Positions 51,913 to 62,331 of a stretch of DNA of 64,000 bases are shown piece after piece. The stretch comes from Minisyncoccota bacterium (lineage in GTDB: Bacteria; Patescibacteriota; Minisyncoccia; SW-4-49-11). The position numbers and the translations under genes are program-made. The stretch's first letter is position 1. Every line of letters starts with the position of its first letter. The notes under the pieces were generated by a model. That model had not been told where the DNA came from. It saw only the letters and a program-made list of their open reading frames with translations, and searched no databases. The stretch covers positions 3,230-67,229 of the forward strand of contig JAULZW010000012.1 in NCBI GenBank assembly GCA_032117235.1, in the 5' to 3' direction.

Positions 51913-52476
51913 TTAAATCCAATCTTTATACCATAATTCTTTTTTTATAAATAAAGTTATAATCATAAATATAATAGACAATATCATACCAAAGAAGCTA
52001 AAATACATAATCGTTCTTCCTATATTGATTGAGTAGTCTAATAATCCCCATTGACTAAATAGATACCACCAATCATGAGAATCTGGATCTCCTGTAATCA
52101 GTGGCATAGCTCTATCCTTAGCATCAGCTATATAATAAGATATATCCAAGACACTTTGAAATCCCCACCAAGACGTTACACAAGATGCAAACCAGTCTGT
52201 CTGCCTTATAAATACAATCATAAAGAAAAATGGGATTATAATTTGCAATCCAGTTCCCATAATAACCATAATTTGTCTAGGTGCCCAAAAGAAGATAAAG
52301 TGACCAGCTTCATGGAAAACCAAATTTATAGAGTGCATAAAGTTAAATTCCCATAAATTAATAGCTATAATATAATCACCTCTAACAGGCCAAAATTTAA
52401 TACTCCACCAAAACAACAGGATTATTGTAAATATTCTGGGTATATTTGATACTTGTAAAAAATTCTTTAATTTCAT
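51913..52476 (-). CDS. Integral membrane protein with HExxH motif. Putative intramembrane metalloprotease
   Basis: 187 aa with 5-6 TM helices. HEAGH lies in a TM segment. No close family assignment. Confidence 0.35.
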   Translation of the reverse strand: MKLKNFLQVSNIPRIFTIILLFWWSIKFWPVRGDYIIAINLWEFNFMHSINLVFHEAGHFIFFWAPRQIMVIMGTGLQIIIPFFFMIVFIRQTDWFASCVTSWWGFQSVLDISYYIADAKDRAMPLITGDPDSHDWWYLFSQWGLLDYSINIGRTIMYFSFFGMILSIIFMIITLFIKKELWYKDWI

Positions 52477-52579
52477 TAATTTTTTGATATTAAATATATT
52501 AAATTTAATATATCACTATATCTCTTTGAGTTCAAGTTGTGAGTGTGCTATAATTTATCCATTATCTGGATAAAAATTT

Positions 52580-54244
52580 ATGATGAAAGAAAAAATTAAG
52601 CCTATTTATTGTTTTCTTATCGTCACGATTTTTATTTTCCACTACAAGATAGGGATTACTAATGTCATTCCAACCAATGTAGACTGGCTACTACAAGCAG
52701 CGGATTGGCCTCAACATTATTTAGGATGGGAGTTTTTTAGACGGACACCATGGGGTTATCCTCTGGGTGAATTTAGTAATTTATTATATCCAGTTGCAAC
52801 TAATATTGGTTTTACAGATAGTATTCCACTTTTAGCAATTAGCCTCAAATTATTCAATCTAGTTTTACCAGATTTCTTTCAATACATCGGGCTATGGATA
52901 TTTATAAATATATTATTGCAAGCATACCTAGGTTATCTAATTTTTAGAAAACTGAATTTTTCAATAATGGCAGCAACCAGTGCTGGAATCATAATGCAAC
53001 TAACTCCAGCTCTAATTGCAAGATTAAATCATCCCGCCCTCACAGCACATTGGCTGATTTTACTAGCCATATATAATTATCTTAGTTTCGAGAGTAAAAA
53101 AAAGGATATTTATCTAAATTTTTTAGCTATTATATTGAGTAGCTTGATTCACCCTTATTTAGCAATTATGATAATTCCTATTAGTTTAGCTAATTTGTGG
53201 AGATTTAAATCTTGGCCAAAAATTATAATTTTGACAATTGTAGGACTAATAATACCTATTATACTTTGGGCTGGGATTGGTTATTTTGTAGATTATTCTA
53301 TTGGGGATCCTCAGAATTTAGGTTATTATTCTACAAGCTTACAATCTTTTTTTAATCCAGAATATGCAATATGGGATAATCATCTCAAAGATGCCTCATT
53401 GTGGCTAGATTCAAGAGGAATAAGATATCCATCTCAATATGAAGGATTTGCCTATCTTGGATTAGGAGTATTATCTGGCATAATTCTAACAATAGCAATG
53501 CTATTAATAAAAACCACTATTCACACCGAAGAATCACTCTTAACTATTAAAACTATCGCCGTATCATTATCAAAGGAAAGAAAAATATTTTTTATCATCT
53601 GTATTATACTTATTTCACTGTATTCTATTATACACAAAGATAATGTGACATATTTAGAACAGTATAATAATATCCTAATTATTGATATGTTTTTAGAAAA
53701 ATCTGGAGTAATCCGAGCGAATGGTAGATTTATATGGCCACTTATGTATATAGTTATTATTATAACCCTATATGGTATACAAAAAATATTCAAGAAACAT
53801 ACATTTTATATACTAACCATACTTGCACTAATTCAAGTAGTTGATATCACTCCCCTCATAAAAGAACGTCTATTTAGGGATCAGGAGTTTGTATCTATAA
53901 AGTCAGAATCTAGTATATTTTGGAAAAACACTATTAAAGATTATAAGGCTGTCAATATATACCCAGGGGGACAGAGAAGCTATAATCGAGCTGATGATTA
54001 TATTATATTTGCATTTTGGGCGGCTCAGAATAATATTCCAATCAATGCTGGTTATTTATCCAGATACGATATTGAAATCTCCAGAAAATTCAATCTAGAA
54101 CTAGAAAAAAACCTAAACAACAATAATCTAGATAAAAATAGTTTATATATCACCACCAAAGATTATAAAACACTATTCCAAAATATAAGCCAAAATACAA
54201 GCCGAGAATTAGTAGAATATGACAATTATTATATTTTGAAATAA
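52580..54244 (+). CDS. Large polytopic membrane protein. Possible GT-C-like glycosyltransferase
   Basis: 554 aa with more than 10 TM helices and a conserved N-terminal DWLLQAADWPQHYLGWEFFRRTPWGYPLG loop. The family is uncertain. Confidence 0.3.
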   Translation: MMKEKIKPIYCFLIVTIFIFHYKIGITNVIPTNVDWLLQAADWPQHYLGWEFFRRTPWGYPLGEFSNLLYPVATNIGFTDSIPLLAISLKLFNLVLPDFFQYIGLWIFINILLQAYLGYLIFRKLNFSIMAATSAGIIMQLTPALIARLNHPALTAHWLILLAIYNYLSFESKKKDIYLNFLAIILSSLIHPYLAIMIIPISLANLWRFKSWPKIIILTIVGLIIPIILWAGIGYFVDYSIGDPQNLGYYSTSLQSFFNPEYAIWDNHLKDASLWLDSRGIRYPSQYEGFAYLGLGVLSGIILTIAMLLIKTTIHTEESLLTIKTIAVSLSKERKIFFIICIILISLYSIIHKDNVTYLEQYNNILIIDMFLEKSGVIRANGRFIWPLMYIVIIITLYGIQKIFKKHTFYILTILALIQVVDITPLIKERLFRDQEFVSIKSESSIFWKNTIKDYKAVNIYPGGQRSYNRADDYIIFAFWAAQNNIPINAGYLSRYDIEISRKFNLELEKNLNNNNLDKNSLYITTKDYKTLFQNISQNTSRELVEYDNYYILK

Positions 54245-54399
54245 ATACCTCTGCGAAGAGAGAGTCAAAAAATTAGAATTGTATAGACTTTTGTAGAATC
54301 TGCGACCTGGCCGACATTATCTCTAATAACGGAAAGTTTAGTCATCATATATATACCATAAAATGGCAATAATATCAGTATTTATAGACAATTAGTGAT

Positions 54400-54408
54400 G
54401 GGGGGGGG
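54400..54408. repeat. Homopolymeric G9 tract
   Basis: gtgatGGGGGGGGGttatg, immediately 3' of the stop of the minus-strand MsrQ-like gene, at a convergent gene junction. Confidence 0.9.
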
Positions 54409-54996
54409 TTATGCTTTTGACTGAAGGACTTTTTGGCGATAATATATATGTGAATATATCTGAATCACTAGTATGATAGCACTTGGAAGTCCATAGATGA
54501 GCGCATAATCTTGTCCTTGTAATGCGGTATGTAAAACCAGTAAAAACATTATAGGATAAACTAAAGTATGTAGAGTTTTCCAATATTTACCTAATTTCTT
54601 GACTGAAAAATTGTTAGATGTAAGAAATAATGGGGTTGTAAGTATAAGTGCGAATGAACCAAAAACCTGATATAAAGGGATATTACTAGGAATTCCTGAT
54701 TGAATTATATCAAAGCCACGCATCCACATAAAGTGAATAAAGGCAAAATTAAACATTATTATACCTAGATATCTGCGATGTTTCATTAGGAATAGCTGAA
54801 TTTTTTGTAGTTTATTTTTGACTCTAAATCTTTGAAATATCCCTGGAATAGCAATAATCCAAAATGTCCAAATTGAGAATTTACCACTAAAAGCTCCCAC
54901 TAGCTTTAAATCATAGTTATAAAAAACTAGACTCACCATAAAAACAGTAATTTGTAAATATATAAAGATTTTGAAATACCTTTTATACGAGTTCAT
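54409..54996 (-). CDS. MsrQ/YedZ-family ferric-reductase-like transmembrane haem protein
   Basis: [27 protein letters not shown] vs E. coli MsrQ [43 protein letters not shown] vs RRLLGLWCFAWATLHL. 6 TM helices with conserved His. Confidence 0.55.
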   Translation of the reverse strand: [195 protein letters not shown]

Positions 54997-55126
54997 ATAA
55001 TGTTAGGTTTTATAATGCTTAATAAAATATATTATATAGGTATTATAATTAAATGGCAATAAGTAATTATAATCTATGATCTTTTATGTTATAATAGTAA
55101 GGTCAGGTATAAAATCATAATTTAGT

Positions 55127-55471
55127 ATGAGTTTAATAATATCAATCATTGCGAATAGTGTAGGGTTATATGTGGCCAGTGTTGTTGTGCCAGGATTTAC
55201 GGTTGATCCCACTGTGCCTTTGTATTACTTTCTAATAGCTGGCCTTGTATTTACTATTATTTTTTCTATTGTATTGCCAATTGTTAAATTGATATCTTTT
55301 CCAATTATTTTTTTAACCTTAGGTTTATTTTCTTTTATATTAAATCTAATCGCTTTTTATACTCTGGATCAGCTATTGACTGGCTTAGAGTTTAATTCTA
55401 TTTTGGCAATGATATTGACCTCAATCGTAATTAGTAGTATAAATATGTTGTCTAATGTATTTTTAAGATAA
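55127..55471 (+). CDS. DUF360/YvlD-type four-TM membrane protein (phage-holin-4-like family)
   Basis: 114 aa. VVPGFTVD and a hydrophobic pattern typical of PF04020. Confidence 0.5.
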   Translation: MSLIISIIANSVGLYVASVVVPGFTVDPTVPLYYFLIAGLVFTIIFSIVLPIVKLISFPIIFLTLGLFSFILNLIAFYTLDQLLTGLEFNSILAMILTSIVISSINMLSNVFLR

Positions 55472-55483
55472 TAATTAATTCTT

Positions 55484-55699
55484 ATGGAAACCTATATTTC
55501 TATTGCTCTCATTACCCTATCCGTATTATTAGTAACTTCAGTTTTGTTACAACAAATGGGAAGCGGTTTATCATCAACCTTTGGTGGAAGTGGGGCTTCT
55601 TATCAGACTAGACGAGGTTTGGAAAAAGTTTTATTTAGAGCTACGATAGTTTTGGGTGTTTTGATTGTAGTAGGAAGTATTGTCTATATTGCTCTATAG
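55484..55699 (+). CDS. secG: Preprotein translocase subunit SecG
   Basis: 71 aa. LLQQMGSGLSSTFGGSGASYQTRRGLEKVLFRAT matches the SecG Gly-rich loop consensus. Confidence 0.7.
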   Translation: METYISIALITLSVLLVTSVLLQQMGSGLSSTFGGSGASYQTRRGLEKVLFRATIVLGVLIVVGSIVYIAL

Positions 55700-55731
55700 A
55701 TTTTAATATTTTAACTAATTAAATTATATTT

Positions 55732-57534
55732 ATGGACATTATAAAAAGAATTCCTAAGCCTATTGAACCTAAGAGTATTCCCAAGTCTATTGACCTCAAA
55801 AATATTCCTAAACAACTAAAAGGTATTTCTAAAAAAAATCCTTTAAAAAATCTAAATATTAAAGATATTTCTAAAAATATATCAACTAGTAATTTACCTA
55901 CACAGCTTAAGAATAATATATTCCTCAACTTTACAATTATATTTATTGTTTTAATTGTAATCGGAAGTATAGCTTATGGTATGATGACCAAAGATATACC
56001 AACAGTTGGTGGTTTTATAAGAGAAGGGATTATAGGGCAACCCCAATATATTAACCCTGTATTGTCATTCTCCAATGATGTCAATAAGCCTGATAGGGTT
56101 TTGGAATATTTGATTTATCCGACTTTATTCAGACTAGATGCAGAAGGTAATCTTGCTAATGAATTAGTGGAAGGATATACTGTTAGTGATAATGGGAAGG
56201 AATATATTTTCAAGATTAAATCTGGAGTTACTTGGGATGATAATACCCCACTTACTGTTGATGATGTAATATTTACTATAGAAACCATAAAAAATCCTGA
56301 TTATAATAGCCCTCTTAACTCAGCCTTAAAGGGAGTAAACATAACTAGAGTGGATGATTCTACTCTAAAAATAAATCTAAATAGTAGTTATTCTCCATTT
56401 TTATCTGGACTAACCTTTGGAATTCTACCAAAACATATTTGGAATAATCTAGAACCTAGCGCCTTTCTTTTAGCGAAAGCTAACTTAGAACCAGTAGGTG
56501 CTGGTAAGTTTAGATATAAATCTATTCAAAAAAAGAAGGACGGCAATATTGCATCTATAACAATTGAAAGGAATCCGAACTATTTTGGAGCAAAACCCAA
56601 TATAGACACTTTTACTCTGGTTTTCTATAAACAAAATGAAGAAGATAAGATGATCAAAGATTTCAAACAAAATGAATTACAGGCCATTACCCAACTCAAA
56701 AACACTTTGTCAGAATCTGATAAATTTCAGGCTAATATTTTGAATACTCCTCAATCTTTTGGAATGATATTCAATGTAAAAGACCCTTTATTAACTAATA
56801 AAGAGATTCGACAAGCTATAGCTAGCTCTATCAATAAAGATGAAATTGTAAATAATATTTTACAAGGAGAAGCAACTTCTGTTAATGGTGTACTTAGTAC
56901 TTTTAATAAATTTTATGTAGATACTCCTATTGAACAAAACATAGATAATGCAAAGCAAATATTAGATAATGCTAACTGGAAAGATGTAGATGGTGATGGA
57001 ATTAGAGAAAAAGATAATCAAAAAGCTGAATTCACCCTATTAGTAGCTAGTGGAAATAAAGTAGATGAAGTGACTCAAAAACTAAAAGCACAAATTAAAG
57101 AAATTGGTATACAGATGAATACCGAAGTAATTCCATTTAACGAATTATCCAATAACCAGATCCGTAATCGCTCTTATCAAGCTCTGTTCTTAGGAATTGG
57201 ATTAAATATATATCCTGATCCTTATATATATTGGCATTCTTCTCAAGTCAATAGTCCTGGATTGAATTTAGCTCAATACACTAATATAAATAATGACGGC
57301 TATATTGAAACTGCTAGAACTAATACGGATATCAATGTTATCTCATCTAGTCTAGCCCAATTTCAACAGCAAATAGCCAGCGATGTACCAGCTATATTTA
57401 TATATTCTCCACAATATCTATACTATACAAAACCTATTATTAGTAATATTAGACTATCTACTGGAAATTCATCTGTGGATAGATATGCCTCTATTTCTGA
57501 ATGGTATGTACGCACCAAAAGAGTATTAAAGTAA
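55732..57534 (+). CDS. ABC transporter substrate-binding protein, family 5 (peptide/nickel type). Membrane-anchored
   Basis: A Lys/Pro-rich N-terminal region plus a TM anchor. The SBP_bac_5 fold pattern (GTGPFKxxxxxxGxxxxLxRNxNYW-like: GAGKFRYKSIQKKKDGNIASITIERNPNYFG). Confidence 0.6.
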   Translation: MDIIKRIPKPIEPKSIPKSIDLKNIPKQLKGISKKNPLKNLNIKDISKNISTSNLPTQLKNNIFLNFTIIFIVLIVIGSIAYGMMTKDIPTVGGFIREGIIGQPQYINPVLSFSNDVNKPDRVLEYLIYPTLFRLDAEGNLANELVEGYTVSDNGKEYIFKIKSGVTWDDNTPLTVDDVIFTIETIKNPDYNSPLNSALKGVNITRVDDSTLKINLNSSYSPFLSGLTFGILPKHIWNNLEPSAFLLAKANLEPVGAGKFRYKSIQKKKDGNIASITIERNPNYFGAKPNIDTFTLVFYKQNEEDKMIKDFKQNELQAITQLKNTLSESDKFQANILNTPQSFGMIFNVKDPLLTNKEIRQAIASSINKDEIVNNILQGEATSVNGVLSTFNKFYVDTPIEQNIDNAKQILDNANWKDVDGDGIREKDNQKAEFTLLVASGNKVDEVTQKLKAQIKEIGIQMNTEVIPFNELSNNQIRNRSYQALFLGIGLNIYPDPYIYWHSSQVNSPGLNLAQYTNINNDGYIETARTNTDINVISSSLAQFQQQIASDVPAIFIYSPQYLYYTKPIISNIRLSTGNSSVDRYASISEWYVRTKRVLK

Positions 57535-57536
57535 AT

Positions 57537-58235
57537 ATGGGATACTTTATCTTTGATCCTATAACTAAAAATTTAAGTTTAGATGAAATTCATCATATCA
57601 AAGATGTATTAAGATTAAAACCTGGCTCAAATCTAAAAGCTACTGATGGGAAAGGGAATTTATATAGTTTAAGAATAACCCATATAAAACCATTTGGTCT
57701 TGATGTTCTCAATATAACCACAATACCACCTGCTAATATTTATATTCGTTGTATTATAGCTACAATCAAAATACCCTTGTTGGAGTTAGCAATTCAAAAA
57801 TTAACTGAAATTGGGGTAGATGAAATTATAATTACAAAAACTAAATTTGCTCAAATCGAGCTAGAAAAGATTGAAAACAAACTAAGTAGATGGCAGACTA
57901 TAATTAATACTGCTTGCAAACAGTCTGAAAGAGTATACTTTCCTAATATTTCAATACAAAAGATAGAAAATATTGAATATGACGGCTATAATAATCTAAA
58001 TTTAATTGGTGATACTCAATTTAGTAATAATACTCAAAATATTAAATCTATTGTTTTAGATAATATTAAAAATATTACTTTATTAATTGGTCCGGAAGGA
58101 GGTTTTGAAAAGCAAGAATATGTAGATTTAATTGATAAATATAATTATATACCAGTTATCTTTACCCCATATATTTTAAGATCCGAGACGGCCGCCATTG
58201 TAGGCTCAGGAATATTGAAAAATTTAAGCCTCTAA
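57537..58235 (+). CDS. rsmE: 16S rRNA (uracil1498-N3)-methyltransferase RsmE
   Basis: GPEGGFE motif and a PUA-like N-terminus. The ATG at 57537 (MGYFIFD) directly follows the SBP stop. Confidence 0.7.
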   Translation: MGYFIFDPITKNLSLDEIHHIKDVLRLKPGSNLKATDGKGNLYSLRITHIKPFGLDVLNITTIPPANIYIRCIIATIKIPLLELAIQKLTEIGVDEIIITKTKFAQIELEKIENKLSRWQTIINTACKQSERVYFPNISIQKIENIEYDGYNNLNLIGDTQFSNNTQNIKSIVLDNIKNITLLIGPEGGFEKQEYVDLIDKYNYIPVIFTPYILRSETAAIVGSGILKNLSL

Positions 58236-59519
58236 TTCTGATTCTGCTGTTTCTATCAAGTCAACTTCTCTTTTTCCAATTTCAAAGGTATCTACATTTT
58301 TTAGTTTTCTCTCAATAGCTCTTGCTCTAGTAGCTCCTGCATCAATTTGATTAGATGCTTCTTGTAATTTTTTCTGCGTACGCTCTAATATTTCACCAAA
58401 TCGTCCAAATTCTGTTTTTACCTCAGATAAGGTTTGCCATATCTCACTTGATTGTTGCTCAATAGCAAGAGTTCTGAATCCCATTTGCAAACTGTTTAAA
58501 ATTGCAGTTATAGTAGTAGGGCCAGTAATCATAACTCTATATTCTCGCTGTATTGATTCTACTAATCCTGGTATTTTTAATAGTTGAGCATATAAGCCCT
58601 CAATTGGGATAAAGAGAATAGCAAAATCTGTGGTATAAGGAGGATCAATATATTTAGCTTGTATTTTCTTACCTTCATCTTTTAATCTCTTCTCAATAGC
58701 TTTATTGGCAGAATCAATAGCTGGTCTATCATTAGCATCTTCTGCCTCAATTAATCTCTGATAATCTTCTATAGGGAATTTAGCATCAATTGGTAGCCAG
58801 ATATGATTAAGATTTTTATCCTTACCTGGTAATTTTATAGCATATTCTACCACATCTTTAGAATTTTTTTTGGTTGCGACATTAGACTGATATTGTTCTT
58901 TGGTTAGAATTTGCTCTAACAAATTACCAAGTTGAACTTCTCCCCAAGTTCCACGAGTTTTAACGTTAGATAAAACTTTTTTCAAATCCCCTACTCCCAC
59001 AGCTAAATGTTGCATTTCTCCAAGTCCTTTATGAACTTGTTCTAATCTTTCACTAACTGATTGAAATGACTGAGCTAAACGTTTTTCTAAGGTAGATTGT
59101 AGTTTTTCATCTACAGTTTCTCTCATTTTTTCAAGCTTCTGATTATTATCTTTCTGGAGTTCAGTCAATCTTTGTTCTACGGTATTCCGAATAAGTTCTA
59201 ATTTAGTAGCATTTTGTTTGGTCAACTCAACTAATTGCTGAGAAAATATTTCTAGCTGATTTTTCTGCATAATAGAGGCTTCATGCATTCGCTTGAATAA
59301 AGTATTTCCAAATGTGTTTAAATTGTTTCCCATCTCAACCCTGCCCTCTTGAGCTAATTCTCTAGATTCTTTACGAATATTCTGCAAATCATCTTTTAGT
59401 CTTTTTTCTGAGTTAATTAATAATTGATCGAAATTATTATCCGTTTTATTATTTTTAATAAAAAATATAATTAATATCTGTAAACTAATAGTAATTAATC
59501 CTACAATATAAATTTCCAT
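58224..59519 (-). CDS. rmuC: DNA recombination protein RmuC
   Basis: N-terminal TM, a long coiled coil, and the C-terminal RmuC nuclease-like domain (GTWGEVQLGNLLEQIL...). Confidence 0.7.
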   Translation of the reverse strand: MEIYIVGLITISLQILIIFFIKNNKTDNNFDQLLINSEKRLKDDLQNIRKESRELAQEGRVEMGNNLNTFGNTLFKRMHEASIMQKNQLEIFSQQLVELTKQNATKLELIRNTVEQRLTELQKDNNQKLEKMRETVDEKLQSTLEKRLAQSFQSVSERLEQVHKGLGEMQHLAVGVGDLKKVLSNVKTRGTWGEVQLGNLLEQILTKEQYQSNVATKKNSKDVVEYAIKLPGKDKNLNHIWLPIDAKFPIEDYQRLIEAEDANDRPAIDSANKAIEKRLKDEGKKIQAKYIDPPYTTDFAILFIPIEGLYAQLLKIPGLVESIQREYRVMITGPTTITAILNSLQMGFRTLAIEQQSSEIWQTLSEVKTEFGRFGEILERTQKKLQEASNQIDAGATRARAIERKLKNVDTFEIGKREVDLIETAESELEA

Positions 59520-59520
59520 A

Positions 59521-60558
59521 TTATTCTTCTTCTAAACCTTTTACAAAAATTGAAATAACAGATACTACCGGCAAAGCAATTAATGCCCCTAAAGCCCCAG
59601 CTAATGAAGCGCCTAATAGAATCACAATCATTACAATAAGAGTGTGTATACCAGTAACTTTTCTCATAATTAATGGTGTCATAAAATTACCATCTATCTG
59701 CTGTAATATAAGATAAAATAGTCCAGTAGCTAAAAATGTTTTAAAACCTATGGTCAAAGCCAAAATTAAAGCTGGCACCGCAGATAGAATTGGTCCAATA
59801 ATTGGAATAATATTAAAAAAAGCAGCTATAACGGATAATAGTAAGGCATACGGCACTTTGATAATTAATAAAAATGGATAGGTTAAGACAGCTAATATAA
59901 CTGAAATTAATAACTGTCCAGTCAACCAATACCCTACTTTTTGCCTAGCCTGATTAACTTTACTACTTACTAATATATGTTGTTTAGTAGGGAAAAATAA
60001 ATTAATAATATCATCTAAATTCTTTGGTCTAATTGCCATATAAAAGGTAGCCGCAAAGAAGAATGCTATATAAAAAATAATATTAATTATATTTTGAGTT
60101 GTAAAAAACAAACCTGTAATAATATCCCAAGTAACTGTACCTATATTAATATTACCTCCTGTTGTAGAATTAAAATATTCTACCAAATTAAAGTCTGGTT
60201 TATCAATTATATTACCTATAAATAAGTTAGCGTCACTAAATAATTTAGGGAAATTATTTACTAAAGCTGTGAATTCACTACTAATAGTAGGTACAATTAA
60301 TTGATATAATATTAAAGATATTCCAAACATTATAGAGAGCACCAAAAAGACACCCACCTGATAAGGGATTTTAAACAAACTATTTATTAACCTTGCGCCC
60401 AATACTATACCTGAAGATAAAATAAAAGCCACAATAGTAATAACCAAGACATCTCTCAATAAAAATAAACACCATATTCCAGCTATAATTAAAGCCCCTT
60501 GAAATAATGATTTCAAATCAACATCCAGTACATAATGGTTATTTTGTTTCATATACAT
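59521..60558 (-). CDS. AI-2E family transporter (PerM/UPF0118)
   Basis: 345 aa, 8 TM helices and the AI-2E topology. Confidence 0.55.
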   Translation of the reverse strand: MYMKQNNHYVLDVDLKSLFQGALIIAGIWCLFLLRDVLVITIVAFILSSGIVLGARLINSLFKIPYQVGVFLVLSIMFGISLILYQLIVPTISSEFTALVNNFPKLFSDANLFIGNIIDKPDFNLVEYFNSTTGGNINIGTVTWDIITGLFFTTQNIINIIFYIAFFFAATFYMAIRPKNLDDIINLFFPTKQHILVSSKVNQARQKVGYWLTGQLLISVILAVLTYPFLLIIKVPYALLLSVIAAFFNIIPIIGPILSAVPALILALTIGFKTFLATGLFYLILQQIDGNFMTPLIMRKVTGIHTLIVMIVILLGASLAGALGALIALPVVSVISIFVKGLEEE

Positions 60559-60583
60559 TAAAGTTATACAATCAAATTATACA

Positions 60584-61480
60584 CTATTTTTGACAAAATT
60601 GACAGAATACAGTAGTACGACTGTTTATAATAGTTTTTTGTAAAGTACGCTCACATTCAAGACAAAGTCTTCCTGCTTTCCCATAAACCTTATGTTCTCT
60701 AGCATAAGTCCCTCTTGAACCATCGGCCATAATATAATTAGCAATGGATGAACCTCCCATTTCAACTGCCTTAGGAATAATTTCTATAATAGCTTTATAT
60801 AATTTTTCTACCTCTTTTTTGGTTAAAGTATTAGTTAATCTAACTGGCAAAATACCAGCCTTGAAACACACTTCATCCGCATATATATTACCAAGTCCTG
60901 TCACAATCTCCTGATTTAATAGTACAGTTTTAAGTTTGGATTTTTTACCTTTGAAATTTTTATATAAATAATCAGCTGTAAATGTATCATCAAAAGGATC
61001 AAGTCCAATTTTATCAAAGTGTCCTAGTTTATAAATAGTATCTAAATCTGGATAAAGTAACACATAGCCAAACATTCTCACATCATTATAATACAAAGTT
61101 CCTTGATTCAATTCAAATACAATGTGACTATGCTGATTAGGCAGCTTACTTTCAGATAATTCAATCGGATGCCCGCCTAAAACCTTATTTTTATTCTCGT
61201 CCTGATAAACTAACTGTCCTGTCATTTTTAGATGAACCAAAAAAACTTGACCATCACTCAAATGTATAATTAAATTTTTTGCAACCCTAGTAATATCTGT
61301 AATTTGATTACCGATAGGTTTTGTTTCAAATTCTTGTTTTTTCTGATCTAAAGGCTGCCTGACTGTGCCAGAACCACTGACCAATTTGGGTTTATGTACG
61401 GTTATTGATTTTATGGTCTTACCAATAATATAAGGTTTTAGACTTCTTCTTAAACTCTCTACTTCTGGTAGTTCTGGCAT
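60584..61480 (-). CDS. mutM: Formamidopyrimidine-DNA glycosylase (Fpg/MutM)
   Basis: The N-terminal MPELPEVE, an H2TH region and a C-terminal CxxC...CxxC zinc finger. Confidence 0.85.
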   Translation of the reverse strand: MPELPEVESLRRSLKPYIIGKTIKSITVHKPKLVSGSGTVRQPLDQKKQEFETKPIGNQITDITRVAKNLIIHLSDGQVFLVHLKMTGQLVYQDENKNKVLGGHPIELSESKLPNQHSHIVFELNQGTLYYNDVRMFGYVLLYPDLDTIYKLGHFDKIGLDPFDDTFTADYLYKNFKGKKSKLKTVLLNQEIVTGLGNIYADEVCFKAGILPVRLTNTLTKKEVEKLYKAIIEIIPKAVEMGGSSIANYIMADGSRGTYAREHKVYGKAGRLCLECERTLQKTIINSRTTVFCQFCQK

Positions 61481-61493
61481 ATATTTTAGATAA

Positions 61494-62234
61494 TTATTTT
61501 TTCTTATATTCTAGTTTTTGTCTTAAATCATCCACAAAATCAGTTTTAATATCTAAAGAATCATATAGATTAGAGTAGGCTTTTTCATTAGGTACTAATA
61601 AGGTGTTTAACTTACCTTGACTTTTTAGATATTGAACCAAGGTATAAAAGTCTCCGTCACCACTCACTATGACCGCCTGATCATATTGATTGATTTGAGT
61701 TAAAGCATATAATACCATTTCTGCATCAACATTACCTTTTAAATCACCTTGTTTAGTAGCTAAAGTAGGCTTGAAAACCAAATGATATCCGAAATCCTGT
61801 AAAGCTGAGTATAATTGTTGATTAGTATTTACCATTCCAATAAACATATAGGCTTTTTTAACACCATAATGCTTATCTAAATAATTCCTAAATTCTTTAT
61901 AATCTAAACTCCACCCTTGACTTTGAATAGATTTATTCAAATTCTGACCATCAATAAAAGCAAAGTTTGGTCGCTTTGAAGCTGGTTTCGATTGTGAAGT
62001 ATGTAAGGTATTATGTCTAACACCTTTAGGTATATGCTTTACAGCTTTGGACTGCAATATTTGTGAAGGGTTGTGTGCTTTATGCTCTGATTGAGTTGTC
62101 TTAACTTTAAGATCTGAACTGTCAGATTTACTTTCAATATTAGAGTTTTGACTAATAGTCTTGTCTACAATTTCATCAGCACTACTAAAGAAGCTTCCTT
62201 TAGGTCTAAAGGTATGCTTGTATTTTTTTTTCAT
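61494..62234 (-). CDS. NYN-domain (LabA-like) protein
   Basis: AFIDGQNLNKS and VIVSGDGDF motifs of the NYN/PIN-like nuclease fold. N-terminal low-complexity region. Confidence 0.55.
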   Translation of the reverse strand: MKKKYKHTFRPKGSFFSSADEIVDKTISQNSNIESKSDSSDLKVKTTQSEHKAHNPSQILQSKAVKHIPKGVRHNTLHTSQSKPASKRPNFAFIDGQNLNKSIQSQGWSLDYKEFRNYLDKHYGVKKAYMFIGMVNTNQQLYSALQDFGYHLVFKPTLATKQGDLKGNVDAEMVLYALTQINQYDQAVIVSGDGDFYTLVQYLKSQGKLNTLLVPNEKAYSNLYDSLDIKTDFVDDLRQKLEYKKK

Positions 62235-62331
62235 AACAAAATATTAAAATAATAACAATTAAAGTAATAGTATTTAATTAAAAATAATTTCAAATAACCA
62301 ATATTAAATACTACTCTTCATTTATTATAGC

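Noticed and set aside
52075-56670. ORFs 52075-52356(+), 53521-53793(-), 54392-54583(-), 55719-55928(-) and 56485-56670(-)
   Set aside because: They are antisense or out-of-frame overlaps with longer, better-supported genes. 54392-54583 merely reads through the G9/C9 tract.
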